Shown here piece after piece: positions 28,959 to 41,951 of a DNA stretch of 64,000 bases. Below the pieces are notes generated by a model, which made no database searches, was not told the origin of the DNA, and saw only the letters and a list, made by a program, of their open reading frames with translations. The stretch covers positions 3,844,001 through 3,908,000 of the forward strand of contig OX597838.1 of the NCBI GenBank assembly GCA_951406725.2, read 5' to 3'. Within the stretch, counting starts at the first letter, position 1. Every line of letters starts with the position of its first letter. Made by a program: the position numbers and the translations under genes. The DNA comes from Octopus vulgaris (Eukaryota).

Positions 28959-30006
28959 TGAGTGTGTGTGTGCGATTAAGTGGACAGCAAATGGCAAAGT
29001 TAAAGAAATTCATTTAAATTGTCTTCGAGTCTTGGCAATGGCGTTGGAATATTGATCCAAGAACTGCATGAAATTCTCCTAAAAGGGTCCATTAAGATAT
29101 TTGCTAAAGGTTAAAGTCAACTTTGGTCAGCCATGGGAAAGAACCAGAGAGAATGGCAGAGAATTGGTTAAGAATGGCAGCGAGTCTCCGTGGCATTGTG
29201 TCTTTCCTTTTCCCCTGTCATGGTGATTTATAGACAAGTGTTAGCCCTCTGGTTATGAGGGGAGGGGGGCAGGATAGGATGGAGGGGAGGAGGAGAGAGT
29301 AGAAGGTAGTGAGAGAGAGAGAGGAAGGAGGAGGGAAGGAGGGAGGGAGGGAGGGATGGACGGAGGGAGGGAGAGAGAGTGTATGTGTGAGTGTGTGTGT
29401 GTGCGTGTGTGTGTGAGAAAGAATGTGTATGTGTATATGTGAGAAAGAGAGTGTGTGCGCGTGAGAGAGAAGAGGAGGAGGCAAGGAGATAGAGTGTGCG
29501 TGTGTGAGGGGCTGTATGAGTGAGAGAGAGAGAAAGAGAGAGAATGTGTGTGTGAAAGTGGGAGAGAATGTGTGTGAGATAGAGTGTGTGTGCGAGAGAG
29601 AGGGAGAGTGTGTGTGTGAAAGAGGAAAAGAGAGTGTATGTGCGAAAAAGAGAGACAGACAGGCACAGAGAGAGAGAGAGAAGAGGAGGAGGAGGAGGAG
29701 AGAATGAAAAAGCGAGTGAAAATGTGGGAAGAGAGGGTGAGAAAGCGAAAGAGGGGGAACTTAAAGCAAATTGAGAGAAAGAAAGTAAGAGAGTGTGAAA
29801 GAGAATAAAAGAGAGAGGGAAAGAGTAGGAGAGGGAAAGAGTAGGAGAGGGAGAGAGAAATAGTGAGAGAAGAGAAAGAGTGAGAGGGGGAGAGGAGTGA
29901 AATAAAACGGATGAGAGTAAATAAGAGAAAGAAAATGGAGGGAAACGAGGAAAAAAAAAGATGGTGGATGGAAGGAAGAGAAAGAAAACGAGGAAGAAAA
30001 GGTGTA

Positions 30007-30042
<36 letters not shown>

Positions 30043-30156
30043 GGAGAGGGAGAAAGAGAGAAAAATAAAGGTAATAAAATGTGTTGGAGGGAGGTAAGAG
30101 GATATGAGGGTGTTAAAGATAGTAATATAGTAATAGAAAGAGAAAGAGAGAGAAAG

Positions 30157-30187
<31 letters not shown>

Positions 30188-30507
30188 AAAGAGAGAGAGA
30201 AAGAGAGAGGGAGAGAGAGAGAAAGAGAAAGAGAGAAAGAGAGAGGGAGGACATTTTGATGCTGTGCCGCAAGAATGCGCACAACGAAGAATTGCATCAG
30301 TTCTTTCAAATGGTGCAAAATGTTAGCAAAGGGGGTTACGAGAAAGAAAGGAAGATGGAGAGACCGAGATTTTGAGTAAAAGGTAATGAAATAAGGAGAC
30401 ACGTATAGGCACATGTTCTTTATCTATTTATCAGTCCATCAAACCACCCATCCATCCATCTATCTACCTACCTACCTACCTACCTACCTACCTGCATACA
30501 TACATAC

Positions 30508-30542
<35 letters not shown>

Positions 30543-30705
30543 CCTATCTACCTACCTGCCTACCTACCTACCTACCTACCTACCTACCTACCTACCTACA
30601 TACCTACCTACATACCTATCTATCTATCTCTCTATCTATTAGATCGTCAAGTATAAAATTTGCAGAAAAGAAAAAGAAGTTTGCTAATGTTTTATAAACA
30701 CAAGA

Positions 30706-30840
30706 GAAGCATGCACCCCTATTGTCAATACACTTTTGCCATTTCAGCGGTAGCTTGTTCAACCCGGAACTGTAAAAGCATGGCAATCTAGAGACAATAA
30801 AATCTTGAAAGGCCTGTTTTACAGCATCGTCGGAACTAAA
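30706..30840 (-). mobile_element. mariner (Tc1/mariner) transposase C-terminal fragment
   Basis: [45 protein letters not shown] matches the mariner C-terminal FY..GI.KL..RWQKCI...G.YF motif. Confidence 0.85.
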
Positions 30841-30867
30841 TGTATACATATATCTGTATATATATAC

Positions 30868-30921
<54 letters not shown>

Positions 30922-31105
30922 TTATAGATAGATATATACATCTATGTATGTATATATATATACATGTATATATATATGTATATATATGCATGTGTATATA
31001 CATGTATCTATATCTATGTATATATATATGTCTGTATGTATATATATATATATATATATATGTATATTTTTATATTTATATATATGTGTGTGTGTATTAT
31101 ATATG

Positions 31106-31159
<54 letters not shown>

Positions 31160-31829
31160 AAAGAAAAAATGGAACAAGAATGCAACAGGCGACAACAAAA
31201 CATTCGGAGAGTAAGACGATACAAAAAAGGACAGGGAAAAACAAGGACGAGTCATTCGGAGCTTCCTATCCTCAGTCGAGTCCCAGATTATCTTAGCAGT
31301 TTTGGTCGGTTACTATCGAGACTGCTCTAATCTGGCCGGCCCCAAGAAAATCTAAGCTAAGAGCACTGTATTCCTTGGAAGAAAGCAAGCGAATGTATAT
31401 CAAAACAAGGACGAAAAAAACCCAGAGAAATGGTACACAATTACAAGTACAAACAACATGATATTCACAACAGGTGTCTTTCGACTAAGGACAAATTAAA
31501 TTAAGTTGGCGTGTGTGGAAGTGAAGCCTTACAGCAGGAACATATATGATGGAAGTCATGGGAAGAAATATTAGAGATACTATACAGATAGTAGTCGAAC
31601 CAAGAAAGAAAGGTCAGGCTTGGCCGAACACCGGTCACGTGGAAGGAGAGGAGAGAGGAAGGGGGCAGAGGGATTAAAGAATTAGGGAAAGACGAGAAAG
31701 AGAAAAAGAAGGAAAGGGAAGAGTGAGGTAAACGAGGAGGGAAAGTAAGGAGAATAAAGGGAAGGGAAAGTAATGTGAAAGAAAAAGAAAGGGGAAAGAA
31801 CGAAGGGGGCTAGTGTGTGTATATATATA

Positions 31830-31862
<33 letters not shown>

Positions 31863-32009
31863 GTATGTCGGGAGAGCGAGGAAGAGTCATACTCCACATA
31901 TATACACACATACATATGAATAGACCTGCACTTACAGATGTATGCAACCTGTACACATATATTCATACATACATACATACATACATACATACATACATAC
32001 ATACATACA

Positions 32010-32041
<32 letters not shown>

Positions 32042-32272
32042 CAGAAATATACATGCATACATACACATATAAATACATACTTACATACATACGCACCCAC
32101 ACATACCGAACGTATATCAAATTCTGAGCCACTAATGTCGTCTGCAATGGAGAATTTAAAGTGATTTTTTTCTTGGCTCTAAAATTAATGCGGTTTGTTT
32201 AGAAACATTTTAAACAAACGAATAACGGATTTCGTCCAAGATGGCGACAGGTTTCTATGTCTGGAACACATC

Positions 32273-32435
32273 AGTGGCTGTGTGGTAAGTAGCTTGCTAA
32301 CCAACCACATAGTTCCAGGTTCAGTCCCACTGCGTGGCATCTTGGGCAAGTGTCTTCTGCTATAGCTCCGGGCCGACCAATGCCTTGTAAGTGGATTTGG
32401 TAGACGGAAACTGAAAGAAACCTGTCGTATATATG

Positions 32436-32470
<35 letters not shown>

Positions 32471-32660
32471 TTGTCCCCCTAGCATTGCTTGACAACCGAT
32501 GCTGGTGTGTTTACGTCCCCGTCACTTAGCGGTTCGGCAAAAGAGACCGATAGAATAAGTACTGGGCTTACAAAAATAAGTCCCGGCGTCGATTTGCTCG
32601 ACTAAAGGCGGTGCTCCAGCATGGCCGCAGTCAAATGACTGAAACAAGTAAAAGAGTAAA
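32273..32660 (+). mobile_element. SINE family A
   Basis: Consensus match from agtggctgtgtggtaag to gactgaaacaagtaaaagag. Confidence 0.88.
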
Positions 32661-32876
32661 AAAAAAGAGAGAATGTGTGTGTGAGAGACTATATCTCGGA
32701 GTACTTCTACACATGCGACTGTATCTGAGAGTACTTTCGCAGAGTTTTGCTGTGAATGTGATTGTATCCCAGAGGATTTCACAAGATGTGGCCGTCTCGA
32801 TACTCAACTATGATGACGTAACATTATTTATATTATTTACATTCGACGGGTATTTGTCCTCATCTAGCTTGTTGTT

Positions 32877-32922
32877 AACACAACGTTTCGGCTGATAAAC
32901 CCTCTAGCCTTCATCAGGTGTC
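32877..32922 (-). ncRNA. Minimal type I hammerhead ribozyme motif
   Basis: GACAC CTGATGA A GGCT...AGCC GAAA CG TT^GTGTT; mirror copy at 33368-33413 (+) has an A9G change. Confidence 0.7.
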
Positions 32923-32985
32923 TTGGGGAAATTTCGAACTTGGGTTCTCATTCGATTCCAGGCAGTGACCTGTATGATGATGATG

Positions 32986-33061
<76 letters not shown>

Positions 33062-33071
33062 TAATAATAAC

Positions 33072-33231
33072 ATAACAAAAGAACCAGGACTTACAAACCC
33101 ATTGCACTACTGGGCACTGCACACATCCTACGCAGAACACTTTCAATACAGTAACCATCAGAGCATCACAACAAACCACAGCACATACCCAAGGCACACA
33201 GAGCTGCGCTCGGTAGTGAAGTGAAAGCACG

Positions 33232-33234
<3 letters not shown>
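33072..33234 (+). mobile_element. 5'-truncated Dong/R4-clade non-LTR retrotransposon 3' end inserted in (TAA)n
   Basis: 33101-33154 encodes IALLGTAHILRRTLSIQ*, resembling the R4/Dong ORF C-terminus; (TAA)n on both sides. Confidence 0.7.
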
Positions 33235-33299
<65 letters not shown>

Positions 33300-33977
33300 G
33301 CAACAGCAACAACAACAACATCGAAAACTAGCTTGGGAATGAGAATACAGGTTCAAAATTTCCCCAAGACACCTGATGGGCGCTGGAGGGTACATCAGCC
33401 GAAACGTTGTGTTAACAACAAACAAGATGAGGACAAATATCCGTCAAATGTAAATAATGTAAATAATGTACATAATTCCTCATCTCTTCAATATAGAACT
33501 GTATGATGACATAAATCTATTTGAAAAACCGCTAAGACCCTGCTCCAGCATGGTCTTAGCCACGGTGTCTGAACCAACCTAAAGAACTATCACCGTTTTG
33601 GTTTCTTTCATTCCACATCAGTCGATGCAGTGAGGCCGAATATCCTTAGTTCGATCCCAAGTCATATTACCTTAAGCAAACATCACTTTCGGTTACTTCC
33701 TATCGATTCATTCTCCATGAGTGAAACCGAGTAGAGGAACTGAAGTGGCTAGATGACGTGGCTGTGACGATGACGCCTATTGCGGTAGAAATACGCATAG
33801 ATCTAACATCTTGTCTCCAAGCTATTAAGCCGTGGTTCCTTTAATGGTTTTCGATTCTGGAGAATTCCTGATACTCGAGATTATCTCCCCTTACCATCGC
33901 CTCCAGACGTTTGGTTAACTTTCTCTGAAAGCGGAAATAATTCGATATAAAATATACATAAATACATACAAACATAA

Positions 33978-34023
<46 letters not shown>

Positions 34024-34157
34024 TGTTTTTTTACGCTCAGGCTTTTATCTCTGTGTTCTTTATTCTAAGTGACCGGACATGGCTTCTTTGAACTTGTCAC
34101 CCCTTTAGAATCATACATAGATATATACATTATATACTTATATATATATATACATAC

Positions 34158-34191
<34 letters not shown>

Positions 34192-34303
34192 AAATGTATG
34201 TATGTACGTATGTTTATATTAATACTTTACATGCACCACGTCCACACGTTTTTTCTCCGTTTTTTAAACTATATACATATATATACATATAAGTATATAT
34301 ACA

Positions 34304-34335
<32 letters not shown>

Positions 34336-34461
34336 CATATATATGTATATATACATATATATACATATAAGTATATATATATACATATAAGTATATATAC
34401 ATATATATACATATATTATACATATATACATATATATATATATATAATATATATACATATT

Positions 34462-34496
<35 letters not shown>

Positions 34497-34601
34497 CATA
34501 TATATACATATATTATACATATATACATATATATACATATATTATACATATACATATATATATATATATATACATATATATACATATATATACATATAAT
34601 A

Positions 34602-34633
<32 letters not shown>

Positions 34634-34761
34634 CATATATATGTATATATACATATATATATACATATAAGTATATATATATACATATAAGTATATATAT
34701 ATATATACATATATTATACATATATACATATATATATATATATACATATATATACATATAT

Positions 34762-34807
<46 letters not shown>

Positions 34808-34923
34808 TATACATATATAATATATATATATATATATATTATACATATATACATATATATAATATATACATATATATACATATATTATACATATATACAT
34901 ATATATATATATATACATATATT

Positions 34924-34958
<35 letters not shown>

Positions 34959-35415
34959 CATATATATATGCGCATATACATTCATGCATGCACGCGCCCA
35001 CACACATGTTATTTTCTCAGTCACATTTCTCTCTCCTTCTCTCTATTTCTCTCTCTCTCCCTCTCTCTCTCTCTCCCTCTCTCTCCCTCTCTCTCTCTCT
35101 TTCTAGATTTCTCTGTTTCTCTATTTCTTTTTCTCAACTCCACCCCCACCCCCGCCCCTTCTTCTGTTTGGGTCCGCCCCTTCCATTAATGCTTTTCATT
35201 CTGAAGAATACATCTTTGATTGAACTCACAAAACAGTACGGTACACAACAGAGACCCCCACCCCCTCCTCTCTATCCTCACCCCCCCCCCCCCGTCACCC
35301 GGATCCCTTCACACGAAATAAGGGAGCACCTTGATGCCAGTGCCAAGAAAAAATGCTATGTTCTTCAGATTTTTCTCATGTCTTCAACTCATGCCTCCAA
35401 GACTGACTCTGTCTA

Positions 35416-35460
<45 letters not shown>

Positions 35461-35811
35461 CCCTACCCACCGTTCCAGCATCGCAACACCTCACTAACAC
35501 ATCACCAAAAGCACAACCAACAACAGCAACAACAACAACACATAGCTTACATACTATCTTCGCAAAAGATCCACTTCCGTCAAAATCATCATCATCATCA
35601 TCATCATCACCACAACCACCGCTGCCATTAAAACACTCTCTACCACTTCACACCACTACCACCACCACCATCGCCACCACCGCTTTCTTCACCGCCACCA
35701 CCATTACCACCAAAAGCAACACCACAACCACCACCAAGATTTCCGTTCGCTCCACCTGCCATCATCGGTTTGAATTCTTTAACTACTACTACTACTACTA
35801 CTACTACAACC

Positions 35812-35842
<31 letters not shown>

Positions 35843-35939
35843 CGTGGTACGTACAGCAATCCCTTCAACAGCAATCATGGAAACTTGTATATGACATACA
35901 AACACATCTTTTTCTTTCTCTCTCACTCCCTCTCCCCCT

Positions 35940-35972
<33 letters not shown>

Positions 35973-36119
35973 CTATCAGCGAGTTCCACTAAATTAAGTA
36001 CTAAGATACGAAGCTCAACTAAGTACTAAGATACTAAGTTGAGCTTAGTATCTTAGTATCTTACAACGAATAAACATTCATGCACCGCTTTTGCACTCAA
36101 TACTTTTCTGCTGTTAAAA

Positions 36120-36505
36120 GGCGGCGGGCTGGCAGAAACGTTAGCACGCCGGGCGAAATGCGTAGCCCTATTTCGTCTACCGTTACGTTCTGAGTTCAAA
36201 TTCCGCCGAGGTCGACTCTATCTTTCATCCTTTCGGGGTCGATAAATTAAGTGCCAGTTACGCACTGAGCTAGATGTAATCGACTTAACCCGTGTGTCTG
36301 TCCTCTCTGTGTTTAGCCCCTTGTGGGTAGCAAAGAAATAGATATTTCGTTTGCCGCTACGTTCTGAGTTCAAATTCCGCCGAGGTCGACTTTGTCTTTC
36401 ATCCTTTCGGGGTCGATAAATTAAGTACCAGTTACGCACTGGGACAATCTAATCGACTGCCCCCCACCTCCCCCAAAATTTCGGGCCTTGTGCCTAAAGT
36501 AGAAA
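36120..36505 (+). mobile_element. Nin-like SINE (family B) with internal duplication
   Basis: Head ggcggcgggctggcagaaacgttagc; two tttcatcctttcggggtcgataaattaagt domains. Confidence 0.85.
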
Positions 36506-36564
36506 ATATTTTTTCTGCTGTATTTGATATTCAAATACGTATTTATATATACAGTATTTGGATG

Positions 36565-36656
<92 letters not shown>

Positions 36657-36874
36657 TGCGAAGGTTTTTGTTAAGCAGTGTCGATTCGGTAATAAAAATT
36701 AACAATAGTATTTTATAAGCTTAAAGCTTAAAAGCGATCACCGCGCGATGACAAAAGAAAATAGTCTAATAATGGGGTATTTAAGCCCTTGACAGGAAAT
36801 AAGTAGGTGCTTTTCCGTCCCAGGTGCACGATTATCGCTATAAGCTCATAAAATATTTACAGAATATATATATA

Positions 36875-37270
36875 GGCGCAGGAGTGGCTGTGTGGTAAGT
36901 GGCTTGCTAACCAGCCACATGGTTCCGGGTTCAGTCCCACTGCGTGGCATCTTGGGCAAGTGTCATCTGCTATAGCCCCGGGCCGACCAATGCCTTGTGA
37001 GTGGATTTGGTAGACGGAAACTGAAAGAAGCCTGTCGTATATATGTATATGTATGTGTGTATGTCTGTGTTTGTCCCCTTAGCATTGCTTGACAACCGAT
37101 GCTGGTGTGTTTACGTCCTCGTCACTTAGCGGTTCGGCATAAGAGACCGATAGAATAAGTACTGGGCTTACAAAGAATAAGTCCTGGGGGTCGATTTGCA
37201 CGACTAAAAGGCGGTGCTCCAGTATGGCCACAGTTAAATGACTGAAACAAGTAAACGAGTAAAGAGTAAG
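36875..37270 (+). mobile_element. SINE family A, full length
   Basis: Consensus match; further fragments at 37322-37618 (-) and 37670-37843 (+). Confidence 0.88.
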
Positions 37271-37928
37271 AGTATATATATCTTTATATATCTATGTATG
37301 TATATATATATATATATACTCTCTTACTTGTTCCAGTCATTTGACTGGCCATGCTGGAGCCCCGCCTTTAGTCGAGCAACTCCACCCCAGGACTTTGTAA
37401 GCCTAGTACTTATTCTATCGATCTCTTTTGCCGAACCGCTAAGATAAGGGGACGTAAACACACCAGCATCGGTTGTCAAGCGATGTTTGGGGGGACAAAC
37501 ACACACGCATATATATATATATATACACATGACGGGCTTCTTTCAGTTTCCCACTCACAGTTCTTTGTTCGGCCTGAGGCTATAGTAGAAGACACTTGCC
37601 CAAGGTGCCACACAGTGGAACTCTGTGTGTGCGCGCATGTGTCTTTCTGTCAGCGTTTGTCCCGCACACTTGATAACCGGTGTTGGTGTGCTTATGTCCC
37701 CGAAACTTAGCAGTTTGGCAAAAGAGAAAATAGTATAAGTAAAAGCCTTTAAAATCATTAACTGAGGTCGATTCGTTCGACTAAATTTCTTGAACGTTGT
37801 GCCCCAGCATGGCCGCATTCGAATGATTAAAACCAGTAAAAGATATATGTTCATGGCTGAAATAGCAGCCGAATTTCCTAAAACTGTACCCTACCCTTTC
37901 GAAAAAGGAAGGTCGCGTTATGTAACGT

Positions 37929-38440
37929 AATCCTACATATCGACGTGTTTATCATGCCTGGAACGCTTTTGATAACAAGTCTTCTCAATCAGTGACGACC
38001 CACGACATACACCGGCCAGAATTGAAAAGTACTATCGATGAACACACAGAATTTTTAGTGATGGTCACGGACGGAAGTCAATTGTTCTGATGTTAATTTA
38101 ATCCTACATATCGACGTGTTTATCATGCCTGGAACGCTTTTGATAACAAGTCTTCTCAATCAGTGACGACCCACGACATACACCGGCCAGAATTGAAAAG
38201 TACTATCGATGAACACACAGAAATTTTAGTGATGGTCACGGACGGAAGTCAATTGTTCTGATGTTAATTTAATCCTACATATCGACGTGTTTATCATGCC
38301 TGGAACGCTTTTGATAACAAGTCTTCTCAATCAGTGACGACCCACGACATACACCGGCCAGAATTGAAATGCACTATCGATGAACACAGAATTTTTAGTG
38401 ATGGTCATGGATGGAAGGTTATTGATCTGATATTAATTTA
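37929..38440. repeat. Tandem triplication, 171-bp unit
   Basis: aatcctacatatcgacgtg starts at 37929, 38100 and 38271; a single unit lies at ~42043-42215. Confidence 0.95.
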
Positions 38441-38445
38441 ATTAT

Positions 38446-38568
38446 CGCCTCATGGTTAGATGAGGCTTTCAAAAATAAGTCTATAGACTCATTAAATGTT
38501 CCTCCCCACGGAAATCTTTAGTAAAAGGCGAAAGATTTATCCGCTTTGGGTGAGGAGAAACCAGAGTT
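38446..38568 (-). ncRNA. U5: U5 spliceosomal snRNA, copy 1
   Basis: AACTCTGGTTTCTCCTCAC...AAATCTTT CGCCTTTTACT AAAGATTT CCGTGGGGAGGAAC; Sm site ATTTTTG; 3' hairpin GCCTCAT/ATGAGGC; invariant loop I. Confidence 0.96.
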
Positions 38569-38803
38569 AATAGACACGATTTGACATTCAGTATTATACA
38601 AAATATCTGAATAAACAACCACTGATTACAAAACGTAATTTAATATACTTAATTAATTCTGTACTGCATCAATTTTAAAAATAATAATATGTATACAATT
38701 AGTATATTATAATAAATCTTTTAGACTCGATGCTATAAAGAGATATTTAGGTTATAATTAAATAAAACTAGATTTATTCATACCTGTCAGTGAGATTTGT
38801 AAC

Positions 38804-38817
38804 CGACCTTCACCTTG
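38804..38817 (-). promoter_or_regulatory. Candidate distal snRNA element CAAGGTGAAGGTCG (also 40927-40940, 42583-42596, 45406-45419)
   Basis: 14/14 identical at about -236 to -250 in all four U5 copies within diverged AT-rich flanks. Confidence 0.55.
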
Positions 38818-38977
38818 AGAGCGATCGTCACTGTTCTTACCTGTCAGGACCACGTGATTTTAAACCAGTTCATAGATATTTAAGGTTCTACGTCAAACTG
38901 CACCCGAGGCACACCCGACGAAAAGTTACTTGGATTTTTTTTTATTTCCGTTTGCTCCTCGTGGTCAGTCGAAATGC

Positions 38978-39028
<51 letters not shown>

Positions 39029-39123
39029 CGGCGGCGGTGATGGTGGTGGTGGAAGTAGTAGTAGTAATAGAGATTGTAGTAGCAGTAGCGGTTGTCATGG
39101 TGGTGATGGTGGTAGTAGTAGTA

Positions 39124-39160
<37 letters not shown>

Positions 39161-39784
39161 CGGTGGTGGTAGTTGTGGTGGTAGTAGTAGTAGTAGTGGT
39201 GGTGGTTGTAGTAGTAGTAGATGGTGGTGGTGGTTGTAGTAGTAGTAGTAGATGGTGGTGGTGGTAGTAGTAGTAGTAGTGGTGGTAGTAGTGGTGGTAG
39301 TAGTAGTAGTGGTAGTAGTAGTGGTGGTGGTGGTGGTAGTAGTAGTAGTAGTGGTGGTAGTAGTGGTGGTAGTAGTAGTAGTGGTGGTGATGGTGGTAGT
39401 AGTAGTAGTAGTGGTGGTGGTGGTGGTAGTAGTCTTATAAAAACGGTTGTTGGTGAGGAGAGAGGATTAGTCCCAAATCGATAAATGAATGAGAAGACTT
39501 GAAATCAGCGGCGCTCCAGACCCAGCCACCACCACCAAAAGCAACAGCGACAGCAGCGGTCATCGACAGTCAGACATAAGCTTAAACTGCTAAAAATAAC
39601 AGTCAAATTTCAATCATATTACGTCTTGCTATCTTAAGGAAGGACACATTACGCGATGTGAGACCTAAGTATGCAAAATGACAGGGTGGTCACGGGGGGA
39701 AAGATTGTTGGTCATACATTTATTCAATCACTATTGATCCGTGACTAAAGAATTTCGGTCTAATTTTACAAGAAAGTTACAATA

Positions 39785-39946
39785 GGCGCAGGAGTGGCTG
39801 TGTGGTAAGTAGCTTCTTTACCAACCACATGGTCCCGGGTTCAGTCCCACTGCGTGGCTCCTTGGGCAAGTGTCTTCTACTATAGCCCCGGGCCGACCAA
39901 AGCCTTGTGAGTGGATTTGGTAGACGGAAACTGAAAGAAGCCCGTC

Positions 39947-40006
<60 letters not shown>

Positions 40007-40201
40007 CTGTGTTTGTCCTCCTAGCATTGCTTGACAACCGATGCTGGTGTGTTTATGTCCCCGTTACTTAGCGGTTCGGCAAAAGAGACCGATAGAATAA
40101 GTACTGGGCTTACAAAAGAATAAGTCCCGGGGTCGAGTTGCTCGATTGAAGGCGGTGCTCCAGCATGGCCGCAGTCAAATGACTGAAACAAGTAAAAGAG
40201 T
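39785..40201 (+). mobile_element. SINE family A, full length
   Basis: Consensus match. Confidence 0.9.
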
Positions 40202-40568
40202 AATAGACCACATGTTCTCGGGTTCAGTCCCACAGCGCGTCATCTTAGGCAACTGTCTTCTACTATAGCAGAGGTGAATCACCCCAAGCGGGGGTATAAA
40301 TGAACTTGTTGGGGGTAATGGGGACTTAAGTAGAATTATATTTTTAAAATGCGTTCCTTGTTAAGACACATTTAACGTAAATCCTACAACTAGAAAACAT
40401 CGACGGGTTTATCGTGGCTGGAACGTCTCTGATCTTAAGTCTTCTCAACGAAACGCGTCGAAAACCAACGGGGTGTGAAACACCAATGATAGCTATTTCA
40501 ACAACCGCACTAAATTTTCGGTGGTAGGCATGGACGGAAGTCAATTGATCTGATGTTAATTTAATTAT

Positions 40569-40691
40569 CGCCTCATGGTTAGATGAGGCTTTCAAAAATA
40601 AGTCTATAGACTCATTAAATGTTCCTCCCCACGGAAATCTTTAGTAAAAGGCGAAAGATTTATCCGCTCTGGGTGAGGAGAAACCAGAGTT
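40569..40691 (-). ncRNA. U5: U5 spliceosomal snRNA, copy 2
   Basis: As copy 1, with one change in the internal loop (CCCAGAGCGG). Confidence 0.96.
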
Positions 40692-41134
40692 AACTGACAC
40701 GATTTGACGTTCAGTATTATACAAAATATCTAAATAAACAACCACTGATTACAAAAAGGAAATTAATATATTTAATTAATTCTGTACGGAACAAATTTCA
40801 AATATTTTTCTGTATAAATAATTACTACATTATAATAAATCTTTAAAACCATAGAGAGTAATTAGATATTTAGATTTTAATGGAATAAAACTAGAAATAT
40901 CTATGTCTTTTAGTGAGGTTTATAATCGACCTTCACCTTGAAAGAAAGTTTTAATGTTCGAGTTGCTAGAAATAGCAGTGATATCTTTCGGTCTTCATGA
41001 AGGACATTTGCTACAATATTAATCCTGTTCAGAGATATCTACGCACGACGTGTCTGTGCATTTATAATATTCTTATTGATTAGTCGTGTCAAAGATGTAG
41101 TGCTTTGTTTTGTTACTTGAGTCTTTGAATGGGT

Positions 41135-41178
<44 letters not shown>

Positions 41179-41180
<2 letters not shown>

Positions 41181-41420
41181 AGGCACATGGCCTAGTGGTT
41201 AGAGCAGCGGGTTCGAATCTCAGACCACGCGGCTTCGACAGAAGGTAATGGCGAACTTTTGCTGACTCTTTCGCCACAACTTACTCTCACTCTTTCCTCC
41301 GGCATCTTGCAGGTGACCTGCGTCGGACTTGCGTCCCGTCCAGGGAACCTATACGCCAAGAAAACCAGAGAAACCGGCCCTTATGAGCCACGGATGGCTC
41401 GAGAAGGAACAAACAAATAA
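41179..41420 (+). mobile_element. tRNA-derived SINE (internally deleted head), duplicated at 42831-43070
   Basis: A box tggcctagtggttag, B box ggttcgaatctc, caaa tail; two near-identical copies. Confidence 0.7.
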
Positions 41421-41951
41421 ACATATATATATATATATATATTCTGTTGTGTCTGGGGGGAGTCATTCTCTTTTAGTGCCTTGTAATTTAACACACTCAC
41501 TGGTAAAATTTCCACTCATTTACGTATTTTCATTGCGTCTTGCAACCTTTTCAATAGTTGTTGACTCTGTCCGTTATTCGAACTGCGTTCTTTTTGTTTG
41601 TACGCATGTGTGTGCGCATACTCGTATGCACACATGCGTGCATATGTATGCATATATATATATATGCATGCTGTCTAAAAAAGGTGGATGGTCGTAGTGG
41701 GAACGCTTAAAAAATTGCTGCCATATACGAAAAATAGTAGCCGATAAACGAAGGTTACATTATGTAATGTAATCCTACATATAGAAACAAAAGAGGCTGT
41801 CGTGGATGGAGTGCCTCTGATCTCAAGTCTTCTCAATGAGTCCGTATGGGATCTAATCCCACCACCAGCCAACAGGTTATGAAGCAGAGCTGCCTGTCGT
41901 AGTGACATCAACATTCTTGGAACATGTGTGATCTGATCTTAGTTTAATTAT

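Larger units (their letters stand above)
32823..33470. mobile_element. Inverted pair of Penelope-like pLTR arms (~130 bp each) around a (TAA)n/LINE core
   Basis: 32823-32953 is the reverse complement of 33338-33470; each arm carries a hammerhead motif. Confidence 0.7.

Noticed and set aside
29010-29080. Possible terminal exon ENFMQFLDQYSNAIAKTRRQFK* (minus)
   Set aside because: Only an AG and a short frame; no homology recognised.
31245-31280. CTGAGGA...GAA motif (minus), with CTGAAGA...GAA in the related copy at 60115-60150
   Set aside because: No convincing stem II or III; hammerhead fold not supportable.
32237-32250. AAGATGGCG YY1/start-like motif (similar at 50044 and 50257)
   Set aside because: Short motif with no supporting exon or promoter context.
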